This document shows positions 11,107 to 23,088 of a DNA stretch of 31,917 bases, one piece after another. The notes beneath the pieces are model-generated. The model was not told where the DNA came from, searched no databases, and saw nothing but the letters and a program-made list of their open reading frames with translations. The stretch is from Craspedostauros australis. Its lineage: Eukaryota. Made by a program: the position numbers and the translations under genes. Numbering within the stretch: position 1 is the stretch's first letter; each line of letters begins with the position of its first letter. The stretch lies in the NCBI GenBank assembly GCA_030167865.1, contig JALAGF010000323.1, forward strand, positions 62,001 to 93,917, read 5' to 3'.

Positions 11107-13075
11107 ATCTGCTGCTGCAGTTGTTGTTGGTACCACTGCTCTGAGCACCACTGCTGTTAGTCTTGGGATGTGATGAAGAAAGTGATGAGTCTTTCTCGCA
11201 AGTGTCCAACGTCGGTCGTTGGTGGTTCTTGGAACTACGGGTATTCTCCTTTGCTGTTGGATGGTGCTATATTGTTGTGGAGTATTATATGCAATAGAAT
11301 ATAATGTGGAATAATATAATAGTATGGTAGTGTGTAATACTATGCTCTGCCTCTGAGTCGAGTGCGACTCTTCGTGGGTCGTTTGTATTCAAGCGACGAC
11401 GCGACGATGATCTGCGATTTGGTGGAGCCACTCGCTCACGAGCAACGGCACTGTCGCCCAACGGCTGAATGCGGACAATGGCGACAATCCAAGAGGATGC
11501 ACAGCCCGCAGCCCACAGCACCACGCAGTACTAATGTGGATTATACGTACGTGTAGAGCAACACGCACCACAGCTGAGCTCCTCTCCTTGGTTTTGGAGC
11601 TGTTCCTCTTGATTTGTGTTTCTTGGCCCTCCCTTGTTGTTGGTTGCTGATGAGTGCTGTTAATTGTCGATGGTTGTTGATGGTTGTCAATGGCTGCTGC
11701 TGCTATTTGGCAAAAGGTGGCTCTCAGTATTCCATGTATAGAAATAGGATGACATGAAGAGACTGCTCTCCTGCAATGTGATCACTTGATCGACCCCCTG
11801 CGCAAATGCTCTGCTCGGTTACGCCTCTGTTTCGCAGCTATGATACCATTCTTGTGGCTGTGGCCCCAACAATCGCTGTCTTGGCGACAACAACAGCAAC
11901 AGCAGCAACAACGATGAGGATGACAATGCCGCTGGTGCTCTCCAAACACTTTCCCCTTACCCGACTTGCGCAGTTGCTGCGAACCGAAACTCAGGCACAA
12001 ACAAAGGCAGTCGTTTCGTGGTCTCTTGTCTTGCGCACCACAGCAACACCACCAAGGGATCATGGCCGAAACACACCCGTCCCCATTCCCATCTTCACAA
12101 CACTTCTCCACCGCGCACATCCATTTGGACACATGCTCCAATCCATGTGTGACATGTCGCTGCGCGACGCTTCTCATACGCCTTGCCCTCGCAAACAAAC
12201 GCGCTTGTGCGCCATTCATCCACGATCAAACTGAATAAGAGACGTTATTTCACGTTAACACTCCCTTTCCACTCTGTCATTCGAAACTGTGGGATTCGCC
12301 CCATTCGGCCACCGCAAACACACGTGGGCGCAGAATCCGCGATGCTCGCCCACCGATTTCGGCCAAGCACAGGCCCTCTCAACCAACCCAAGAGGAGAAG
12401 GAAATCTCGTGCAACCCTTTCCACCAAGTCGTTGCTTCCGCTCACGTGTGACTGATCGCAGGAGTACGTATGGTGTCATAGTACAATACCATAGGGCGTA
12501 GAGTATTAGGAGAAACAAAGATGAGTGGAGTAGCTCATACTCGTTCGGATTATATTGTCATAATAGAATAGAATAATATTATTGTACTACACTCGGAGAG
12601 AGCGTGCGAAGGAGAGTACTCGCACGTATTATATTATATTATATTATACTACAACGTCGCTCTCTAGTCGTACTATTGTAGACACAGCGAGAGGGGTTAC
12701 GTGCGAATATGGTACCACACATCCTCACAGAGAGTAGAGCACCATACAGGTATACGCTCTCTCAAAAAATCCAGTGCTCCACATACTACTCGTTGAGGTG
12801 CACTCTCCTGGGAGGCAACGCGACGCCGAATGGTTCCATCATCACACCGGAATGCCATGTTCCACAATTGAACCGGAGTAGAGCAGAGCGTTGCGGAGCA
12901 TCCTGCTCGTACATGCAATGTAACTCTGCCAAAGAGTATGCAGGTGACCTTGAATGAATGCAAAAAAAAAAATGCCTGTCCACACAATTGTGGAAAAAGT
13001 AATTCGGAATGCAACACTCTACTCGACACATATTAGAGTACTCTGGCCTATCGCTTCCAACTGCAATCGTTTCCT

Positions 13076-14824
13076 TCACTGTTCGCGCGATGCCTCTTCG
13101 ATCATCGGTTCCACTGCCACGCACGTGTCATGACGGGTTCGGATGTTCACATGGTGTGCCGCGACGAGTCCGGCAAATCGTGCTGCAACATCCAGAGTCA
13201 GACACTCGCCTCGCGAGGCATCATCATCCTTGTCCACCCCGCGACGCCGCAGCAACGAGGCCAGCAACAGCGCGGATGTGAACGAATCTCCAGCCCCATT
13301 CGAGTTGATCGCAGTGTCCGCTGGCAGCAGGGACGCCGGCATCATGGTGCAGCACCCGGCCCAAGTGGTTGGCCTGATCAGCGCGGGGTTCAATTGGAAT
13401 GGTATGATGCATGGTAAGTACGGACAATGCGAGTAGTAAACCATGCAAGAGACAATGGAAGATTTGGTAGATTGGTGGAATACGCGGAATGCGGCAGTCG
13501 AAACGATTCAGACCCAGCCGATAGATGTCAAAACGACGGAACTCACCAAGTAGAGCAGGTCAAAGAAGTTGGCGTGAGAGGAGAGAAGGGCAAGGGATGG
13601 CATTGACGGGCGACTGATACGAACCCTGTCCTTGCGTTCATGCATAGTTGGGTGCAGACGGCAAACATGTATACGAGCACAGCATCGTATTGCGTAATAT
13701 TCTGCAGGCAAAATGCAGCTTTGACGACGATTCAAGTGCGATGAGCAAACACTGAAGATCCCCAAATGAAGGATCATTCCCGAGCAAAACAATCCCCCAA
13801 CAACAATCCGATATACTCACAGTGCAGGACTTGCTCCAAGCCGAGCCGCATCGTTACAGGCAATGTAGCTCCCCTTCTTGCCACGCGTCACGGCGATGAC
13901 GGCGACGCCGCATTTGAGGAAGAGATTCGAGGCCTTGACGATGAGCTCTTCATCCTTCGATTCCGCGTCGTCGGTGCCCTGCAGCTTGCACCCAGTGAGG
14001 ATCTGCAGTTCATCATGATTCATGTGCAACAGATCCGTGTGTTGCAGTGCCTGCCCGATGATCTTATCCTTCTTGAGACTCTCCACGTTGCGCAAACCAT
14101 CCTGCATCTGCATTTCTTCCTCCGCCGGAGGAGAAACACCGTTCAAATCCAGAGCGACCACACCTCCGTCCAGAAGGCGCTTCCTTGCGGCGGTGATGAT
14201 TTCGACCAACCGCTGTCCTTGCATCATGGGGAGCAGATGCGGGTATCCGAATAGGAAGGCCGAATGCCGTTGCTTGTCCGGCAAGGCACCCAGCATCTCG
14301 ATCATATCCGCTGGCGAGAAAGTCGTATTGGACGCAGCATCGAAGAAGCAACCCCTCCTGCCATCCCGGTAAATGGGAAGTACGGCCAGAGCGGTGCGAG
14401 CATTGGTGTCTATCTCACTCGCCTGCTCCATGATGGAAGTGTCCACATTGCCGCAGGCTTGGCCAGATTTTTGAAGCAGAGAAATCAACTTGCTCCCAGT
14501 GTCGTCCTTGCCAACCTTGCAGAGCGGTACGATACGATGGACCATTGGTGTTGTCACCAATGCAGCCGCGGAAGACTCGAACCCTGGGGCAGACTGTCCG
14601 CGACAAAGTTTCGCCAAGGTCTTGCATGCCATGGAGACGCTGCCCCCGCCGACGCTCGTCTCCCCCTCAAACGTCTCGATGTCTTCTCCACCATCCCCGC
14701 CCGTGGCGTTGTTGAGCTGCATGTCAACGCATGCCAATCCAGCGCAGATGATAGCTGCTTGTTGCGGGATGACCCATACTGGCACGGATGGGTTCACATC
14801 CGTCTCCTGTTCTGTTTTTGACAT
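13076..14824 (-). CDS. pfkB/ribokinase-family carbohydrate kinase, 433 aa; exons 14824..13821 and 13373..13076
   Basis: Motifs CAGLACVD, GGGSV, KVGKDDTG, LHMNHDEL and VTRGKKG. Intron 13374..13820 (GTGAGT...GATCAG, phase 2) joins to an exon with the PfkB signature NSNGAGDSF. Confidence 0.9.
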
Positions 14825-15217
14825 GATCGTTGTTGTCTTTGGTCCTTCGTTCGTTGCTTTCCGATCTGGCTTCCTTTCTCCAGAGCCTCCTTCTGCGCGA
14901 ATTCTGTCAGTGCAGTCTCTGTGGCAACTCGGCGTTTGATCCAGGGAACTGCGGGATACCGATCAGTGTTGGTTCACTGTCCTGCGCAATCGTGCGTGTG
15001 TTCATGTCTTCCGTTTTCTCCTGTTGGTGTGATTTTTGGGCTCCGCCGGAGCGCGTCACTGTGTGTCTTCGCGTGTCTTGTTGGATCTTGGATACGCTGC
15101 GGCGTGTTCTTTTTTCAGTGGAGTTTCGTTCGAGTTTCCTGGTGCTCCCATACGCGTGGTTCGTAACAGTGTCAATGTGTCGGTACGAGATACGAGTATC
15201 GCACGCTTTCTGCGAGC

Positions 15218-15232
15218 AGAGAGAGAGAGAGA
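15218..15232. repeat. (GA)n microsatellite upstream of the pfkB gene
   Basis: Run of AG dinucleotides. Confidence 0.7.
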
Positions 15233-15700
15233 GCTAGAGGGCGGCACGTATTGACACCTTACCTAGATCGTATCATACATACCACGCGATCACATGCACT
15301 CTCCCTCTGGAGAACAGTACACCATACAATAACATGATACAAATAATATCGCAATCGTCAAGTACCTGCGCTTAGGTTATCATGCACCAAACTAGAGTAC
15401 TCTAGTGGAATATGGAGTATACTCTGCGTTGCGATCTCCCTAACAATTGTGCACATACAAGATCCACTCTCTACAACTTTGGGTTTCTGTATCAATTCTC
15501 TGGGGCGCGTTCCTATCGCGTGTGTTGTCTTGCATAGTGGAGTAGAATATAATTTATGCGTATTCACGAGCTACTCTATGTAGAAGCGCTGCACGGGTAC
15601 ACGTGGTGTGATACGAGTGCAAGGTGGTGTGTCAGTGTGTAGTTGTGTGCTCTCTCTCGTTTTCTTCGGAGAGGGAGGGCAGATGCAATACTTCGCTCCG

Positions 15701-15780
15701 CTTTACTTGACTCTATTCCAATCTACTCCACTTTACTTTACTTTATTTTACTTTAGGAGCATTCCATACTCTACTCTAGA
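15701..15780. repeat. Degenerate pentamer repeat (CTTTA/CTCTA-like)
   Basis: ctttacttgactctattccaatctactccactttactttactttattttacttta. Confidence 0.6.
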
Positions 15781-16602
15781 GCAACACGAAATGCATAATC
15801 AACACACCTACACCCCGTGCTCGCCTGTTGCTCTTCTTGGCACTCTTGTTGATTTCTCTAGCTCGCACATGTACTCATACTAGTATGGCATGGTATGGTA
15901 TGGCCTTGTCTGGTGTCGTGCGTCGGTACCTCGAACCAACACACTTTGTCATACTTCCTGGGCTGATGATTTGTTCGCCTCTTGTTTTGTGGAAACGATC
16001 AACAAGACTTCGATAGTCTCGAATTTAACGTCCTCACGAGTACCGTTACCGGTTGCTGTTGTCCCAACATCACTTAATGCTTCTCGCGTTGTTTCCGGAC
16101 AGGTAGGACACACACGGAAATGGCATCCACACGTGCGCTTTGGCACGATTGGTCAAAGGGGATCTTGGGGTGTTGCCGGTCACAAACTGTGCCGAAAGGC
16201 CAACTTCGGACGAGACTCTGCATTTGCGCCTGAGCAGCAACGCAGCGAGAGGGGTTACCAGGACGGCCTCGGAGGACAGCAACGAGGGATCTGTGCTGTT
16301 GTTGACACAAAACAAAAGTGGGAAATCTGCAACGAGGAGAGACTGCTGTGTAATAAATATTACGTAATACCCTGCGAGGAGTCAAAGAGGAGAATACGAT
16401 ACTTGCGAGCGCTGGTACACTCGCCAGAGAACATCAGCAAGCACAACGACACAAATTCCACAAAGGGCACAGACAGAACCACCAGCATAGGCAGGAGCAA
16501 CGGCACAGGCGTCATCATCAGTCACACCCAGCAGCAGCCAGGAGGAACATTTTCAGTGGGAGAAGCCGAAGCCGAAGCAAAAGCAGCAGCAAGTACCATT
16601 GC

Positions 16603-17833
16603 ATGCAAACACCGCGGCGCAGCGAAGAACAGCACCCAGACATGACCAGCAATAATCGATCTTCATCTTCCTTGGGGCTACCCGTACCCCAGGACGAACC
16701 ATGCGACGACACCACATCGCGATCAGAACTCAAGCGGCGCAGGGAGAAGCAGCGGAGATTGGATGTCCGGATGGCATTCGAGGAGCTATCGACTATCATC
16801 TCCCTCATTGATCCTGGCATGGTCAACATCGATGCTGGGCGGAAACGACGGAAGAAGACAAGCGATCAGGACAACGCAAATCGTGTTGAAATTATTCATC
16901 GAGCTACAAAGATCATGCGGAGGCTGCATCATGAAAATGAAGCAACCAAGCAGATGCTCACACAGATGAGGAACACGACGCATCACAGGTATACTGATGA
17001 AGGTGTAAGTTCTCCTTTCGCTCTGCGAAATCAAGGTTCTGGCCTCTCGCCAGGGAGCAATGAGGTTACTCTACCGGAAGCCGGCTTCGTGTCACAATCG
17101 TCATGTATCGTCCTATCGTGACAATCTCCACGCACCTGTGCCATCCTTCGTGGGCAACGGAAAAATGGGCTGTTTGTTGGGCACCGGCCAGGACATGTAG
17201 AAGGCGTGCACCTCATCAGAGCTCGCGGACGCTCCGCCTCTCCAGAAGGATACCAGGCAGATGGCATGAATGAAGCAAGAGGAGTTTGCTGTCATCTTGC
17301 ACAGTGTGGTATCCAATGCTCCGCGGTTGTTGCATCGATGGCTTTTCTCACCATCTCTTTGTTTTCTTCTGAATCGGACTTTGTCTCTCCCTCACAATCC
17401 CCTGGGTCCTCGAACACGTTGGTTACCTGATTCACATCATGGAGCACAGAAGGTTCTAGTAATGGTACCAACTTTGGCTCTGGTAGAGCAGCAGCAACAG
17501 CCACCTGTCGCAAAGGCTACGTACCCCACGTACTACCAGAAACAAATGGTTCACCAGACCATGGTGCCCGACTACCCACAATACATCCACTCCCCAATTC
17601 TCGATCAGCACAACGTCTACAGCCCAAACGGAGGTTCTTCCGCATGGGGAGAACCGCTGAGATCGCTCCCAGTGTCCATGTCAGCGCCTCACATCAACCT
17701 GGACGTTTCGAAGCGCACCAGCCACTCATCGACGAAGCCAGCTGATGGCAACAATGCTACGGGCTTGATGGGATTTTTCAACAGTGCTGGCCATTTCGGG
17801 GGCGGTAGCGCAGGTGAAGGTGGTCGCTGTTGA
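16603..17833 (+). CDS. bHLH transcription factor, about 261 aa; exons 16603..17004 and 17450..17833
   Basis: Basic region/helix 1 ELKRRREKQRRLDVRMAFEELSTII and helix 2 NRVEIIHRATKIMRRLHHENE. Intron 17005..17449 (GTAAGT...CACAG, phase 0) joins to a Q/P/S-rich exon. The second exon is less certain. Confidence 0.8.
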
Positions 17834-18290
17834 CGCACCACATACCACTACATGTAGGAGAGCTTGTTCGGATCTCACTAACCCTAAACTCGTCCAGAAC
17901 TTGTCTCGAAGTATCATAAATGCAAATTAATTCATCGCCAATGAATCTAAGAGCACGAAACGTAGCATGCTCATGCTTTATCGAGTCTTAGCACATGTTG
18001 GGCTTCGCTTGCCATTGCAAACTCTGCAGGAGCATGCTCTTGGAGTATTGGTACAGTGGCTTTGCTTATTCTACTCTTCTCTGCTCTGCTCGTAACATAT
18101 TATACTTGACTTGACTTTATGTCACCCTCTCGTTCTTTCTTCACATCGTTGGTTCGTTCGAGAGATTAGAGTCTCACTTGGAATCAGTGGACTTATGGCC
18201 ACCACCCGAGCATCCGTGCCCACCGCAAACCTGATCCGTCGCAATTCTCCAAAACCCTTCATGATTCATGTTGATTGTTGTGTACTATTA

Positions 18291-21200
18291 TCATGCTGTA
18301 TCAAAAGAGAATGTCGAGTCAAGGGTGTCATCTGGCTGAGAAATCTGCAACACCTCTTCGAGATGGCGGCTGATTTCGGATAGATCATTTGTGCAGCTGA
18401 CATCGCGCCGCGTTGTCGCCGATGACTGCGTTGATGCTTCGTCGGACCTCTTTGCCATCAAGCCACCACCATTCTTCGCATACCAATCATGATATCGTAC
18501 TGCTTGACGCGGAGTCAGTACCTGGAGGAAGATGTGATCCTGCTTCAGCGATCCCGTGTAACTCTGGAACAGAATAGCGTGCTTGAGGCAATGGATCATT
18601 CTGATGGCTGTCGCGATTTTGGATCGCTGACTTTTGGTGGACGGTTGCCGCTGGAGCCTTTCGTTGTCATGCCCACAGTCCAATGATTGTATCCGAGATG
18701 AACGGAGCGATGGGTGGTAGGAAGGAAATCAAGCACAGTGTGAGGTAATGTGTGCTCTTGCCCATGGACCACACTCCAATCGCAAGAACATGGAAACACA
18801 ACACGTGCTGTGCGAGCGTCGGGAATCGCGTAACAGTCAGCAACCAAACAGAGTAGAGTATGACACACGACCATGAGCCGATCATCCCACGGAGAGCAAC
18901 CAAAGCTTGTGATCAACAGACATCGTCGGCTCGAAGCTGGTGGACGATGGTCTACGAATCTGGCCGCTCTCCCCAGCTCGGTTTATCAACGTACTTTTCG
19001 GTCGTCGATACCATGCGCTCTTCCTGATCCACGCTGATGCTCAATTCAAAGCAAGTCATGGGCCACATCTTGGCACTATCGAAAGCGCTTGCTGACTGGA
19101 TGGCAGGCTTTGACCTGGTTCCAGCAGTCTGCTTCTTTTTCCCGTTGCTCCGACCGTCGCTCGATGGTTTCGCCTTTCTCTCTGCCTTTGGACCGTTCGC
19201 TATTTCGTCCCCTATCTGCTTTGAGCTAACCTTCGTATTGATGGGATTTAAACCCCCGGACTTGCCCCCAGCAGAACTCCCACCCTCAGTCTTTTGGCGC
19301 TCTTCTTCGACATGCGCAAGCTTGCCAGCCACAAAGTAACTTTCCTGCTGCAACGTAACCCACAGCAAGAATCGTTGATGGGTTTGCAAAACCGCCCGGT
19401 TCAATGCATTCCACTGAAAGTCGATAACAGCACGACGCACCGGGCAGTTAAATCCGTTGTCAACAATCTTCGATGTGAGACTCTGTTGCTCCATTACTGC
19501 GGTAGACGGTTGCCCTGGAGCACCAGTGCAGCTATGTGATCGTGCCTCTGGCTCCGACTCCAACTCAGAGATTTGCGCCCGCTTGCCAAACAAGGCCAGG
19601 CGGAGAGCTGTCAGGGATGAATTCATGACTTTGATGCTCTGCCTTCTTTCCATTTCTAACTCTTGATATAGTGCATCGACTTGCTGCTCAAGCTTGAACA
19701 ATCGCTCCTTCTTTCTCCGTCGAGACTTTCTTGCTGACTCACGATTGCGCTCCAGTCGCTTTGCACGTTTCTCTTCAGATTCAACAGCGTTTGATGATGA
19801 TGCCGACGCAAGTAAGGATGAAGCAGCCTTATGATTGAGCTGATTCAAAGCTGCGGCAGCAGCTGCCGCAGCGGCTGAGTGATGAGTCGGTACAAAGAAG
19901 AATGGGTTTTGCACATGCGTCTGTGGAAACGAGGTTGATGTTTTGCTGACCACATTCGTTGTCTGCCCAATCACACCTGTTAGGTTCGCTTGTGCCATAC
20001 GTCCTGTCGTGAATGCAGTGCCAGGCATGTGTTGTCCGTTTGTTGGTGCTGCTGTTGTGATACCTGCCGATGTTTGCGCCGACGTTGACGTTGGCGTTGA
20101 TGCTGTGGCGGATGAGGTGGCAAATGCGCTCGTCTGTATGTTGGGCTGATAGGAGGATTGATAGTTACCAATGGTTGGTTGAGAATGGGATGTCGCCGTG
20201 GCGTCGTACATCGTTGCAATGGGATGCGTGACCACCGGTGCTGGTTGTGGTAGTGATGGCGCACGGATACGTTGTGGTTGTATGGTTTCTGCACTAGAGG
20301 TTGCATGTAGCAGGGACATGTCCATATGGTTTACAGCGTCCGTTTTTGAGGAGCTTGGTGCAACGAGCCTTTGATCATCGCCCGCTGATTCTTCCCGGAC
20401 TGCGTTTGTTTGTGTTTGTGATGCATGCGATGCAAATACTGTTGGTGGGTGTTTGGCAGGCGGAGAGAAAGAGGACCCACCAGTCATGTGGCCATGTGAC
20501 CCACCAGACTTCGATGATTGGGTTGGTTGGGACGGAGGCGAAATTGGCAACATGAGAGTTTCCTCGACCGGGCCAAGATCAGCTGCAGGTGATATCGGAG
20601 TGAGGCCATTGATAGATTGAAACGAATCTCGAGATACCATTTTTTCATCTTTGTACGGTTGCTGGGTGGTTGTTTGATTTTGAACGAAATTCGTGGATCT
20701 TTCCGCTGAAATGGTCCCCAAGAAGGGGATCGAAGACGGGAAAATGGGAGCGGTTGAACTGCGACTTGTAAATGTAGAAGTGTTTTGCAATTTGGACGAC
20801 GAGGGTTGCACCGCCTGTGACATTCGAGCGAGGTGTGGTTGTCGATGATATCTAGCTTCTGGATTTGGAGCGTACAGATGATGTAACTTCCCTGTTGCTG
20901 ATCGATTTTGCAGAGAATCAGAACTCCTCGCTGCTGCCATCGAAGCAATCGATGATGAGCCGGATGGCATGGCCCGAGCCACGGCCGTAGACGTTGTGTG
21001 ATAGTATTGGATCGCAGGTGTCGAGGGGGCAATCTTTCCGTTCTTGCGACCATCTGCATCGTCGTCGCTGTCATCGTCAGCTGAACCACGTGCGTTGAGC
21101 ACACTGTTTGCATGATACTGGATGAAATTGCCGCTTTCATTCCTGCCGATGCGTTGCACGTCGCTCCTCGTCGGCCCTGGCCCCAATGCTGTTTCCAATC

Positions 21201-22148
21201 CTGTCATGGTGCTATGTTGTAGAGCCGATTGTTCATCGATCGAGGACACAAGCGGAGTTGCGCGAGATATTCCAAGGTGGCAAGTGAGAGGTTGAGTCTT
21301 GCTGACTGCGGGACCGTGCATCAAGGCCGGCGGATGCTGATATTGAATTGGCCGCATATCGTTTTGATGCTCCGAATGCAATCTCGATGCTTCAGCTGAG
21401 TCATTATCATCTGCTCCAAGAAAATAGGAAAGGATCTCGTCATCCTCTGTCTCAGATTTTTGCGGTGCGTTGCAATGCCGTTTGGTGAGAAGAGCACGTG
21501 TGACGGTGCGTTGCGATATGTTCGGCGTACCACGCGTTGTCCGCAAGGAGGCAACAAAGACATGTGGTGAGGTTGGTAGATTCATGTTGCGCTGTGAGTG
21601 TGACACTCTATTGGCCTGAGACTCGCAGTATGTGTACTCTGCTGCAATTGTACGACTCCATCAAACAATAGTCCATGTCGTCTTCTATACTCGCATGGTG
21701 CTGCACAATCATGTACGATATTGTCAATATGGAACTGATACGTTGATACCAATGAAACACAAACAATGGCAGGGATCATTTCGAAGCATGCTCCTCCCCC
21801 TCGTTCAAGTCGGGAAATGCGCACGCATCCACGCATCCACGCATTCACATACACTTGCTGTTGCGAAACTCAGGCCAAATTCGATTTCGGAAATGGATTG
21901 GATCCCTCACCTGTGGCAAGATCCCACGCCGCAGTCTTTCGAGGAAGACTTGATTGATGATTTGCACCACCTCTTGATCGCGCATGGCTTGGCAGTTGTG
22001 TTCCCATCGCAGCTTCGATTCCAACTTCTGTTGGCGAATCAACGAGAGATGACGGATTTGTTTGCGCTCGTTCCACAGGCTTCGAGGCATTTGGTGGTGT
22101 GGGAGTTGCTGGCATGTCTCCACTGTTCATCTCGGACTGCGTGTCCAT
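18291..22148 (-). CDS. bZIP transcription factor, 1018 aa; exons 22148..21911, 21446..18995 and 18657..18291
   Basis: bZIP EKRAKRLERNRESARKSRRRKKERLFKLEQQVDALYQEL. Intron 21447..21910 (GTGAGG...GACAG) gives WDLATE-DDEILSYFL; intron 18658..18994 (GTACGT...GAAAG) gives TTEK-LQRQP. The total of 3057 nt is in frame. Confidence 0.85.
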
Positions 22149-23088
22149 CTCTTGGTGTTGCGGCGCGGTGTACCGTAGTTCGGTTCAGCAAAGCAAAGCA
22201 CCGCGCTGTGCCGCCAAAACTATTGATGCTACTCGTGCCTGTGATACTCGTACGCACAATACTTGCAGTTTGGTGCGCCCCGAGAGACGGTGAGAATGGT
22301 GATGGTGTTTGGGATGGTAGCTCGTACGAGCACGGTTAATCGTGTGCTACCTCGCAGTATCGTCTCGTCTCGCTACGGTCAGGTCGTACCCAGACTACTC
22401 TCGCCTTTGATCGCAGCAAGATAGAGGTATGGCGCTCCAATTGAGACCTTGACTTTTACTCTGCGTTTCGTGCCTCCTCGTTATCACACACTGCGCGCAT
22501 GTAACCCTGAATGCCACGGATGGCACCCGTACTGGTGCTCGCGAGGGAGCCTTCGGTGTGTCTGTTCTGTGGCTACTTGTACTCGTACATGAATAGAGTA
22601 TGGTGATTGTGTTTGCGGTTGTGTTTGTACAGGAACGTATGGTTGTTGTGCATGAGAATCATCTGTGGTTTTGGTTGCCGTCGTTTGCCCTCTCTCTCTC
22701 TGTGGTTTGTTGCGCGCTCTGGGGTAGGTTGTGCCAACGGTGTGTTGCGATTTGTGTCGCAGTGCTGCGATTGTTGTTGCTGAGCAAAGCGTGACTAAGA
22801 TGGTGTACTCGTGATTCGTCCAGAACACTCACTGGTGCGCCACCTCCGTTCGTGTGGCCAGGTCGTCCGTACAAATGTGTACCCAGACGCGAAACGCAGA
22901 CGACACACCGCGAGTATGTGGATTCCGACAGCGCTGCCCAGAGTAACTTGGCCCGCAATACCAATTCTCTATGTCTCTCGTACTTGGATGGCGGCACACA
23001 GTGATTCGGATGGAGAATGAGATACGGAATGCAATGGCGGCGCAAGCATCTATTCATAAATCACGCATACTATGGCCCGCTTAAGATC

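Noticed and set aside
11200-13000. Possible gene between the TPR and pfkB genes
   Set aside because: Only short low-complexity ORFs and simple repeats; no supportable gene model.
15600-15605. CACGTG E-box upstream of the bHLH gene as an autoregulatory site
   Set aside because: The same hexamer occurs at several unrelated positions (e.g. 12321, 12443, 13122), so a single copy is uninformative.
15890-16645. 251-aa ORF upstream of the bHLH gene
   Set aside because: No recognisable domain and non-coding-like composition; probably promoter/5' UTR.
21447-21606. N-terminus of the 884-aa ORF
   Set aside because: GTG start, and it lies within the predicted intron 21447..21910.
21632-22339. 235-aa plus-strand ORF
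   Set aside because: Antisense to bZIP exon 1 and its intron, with no domain signal.
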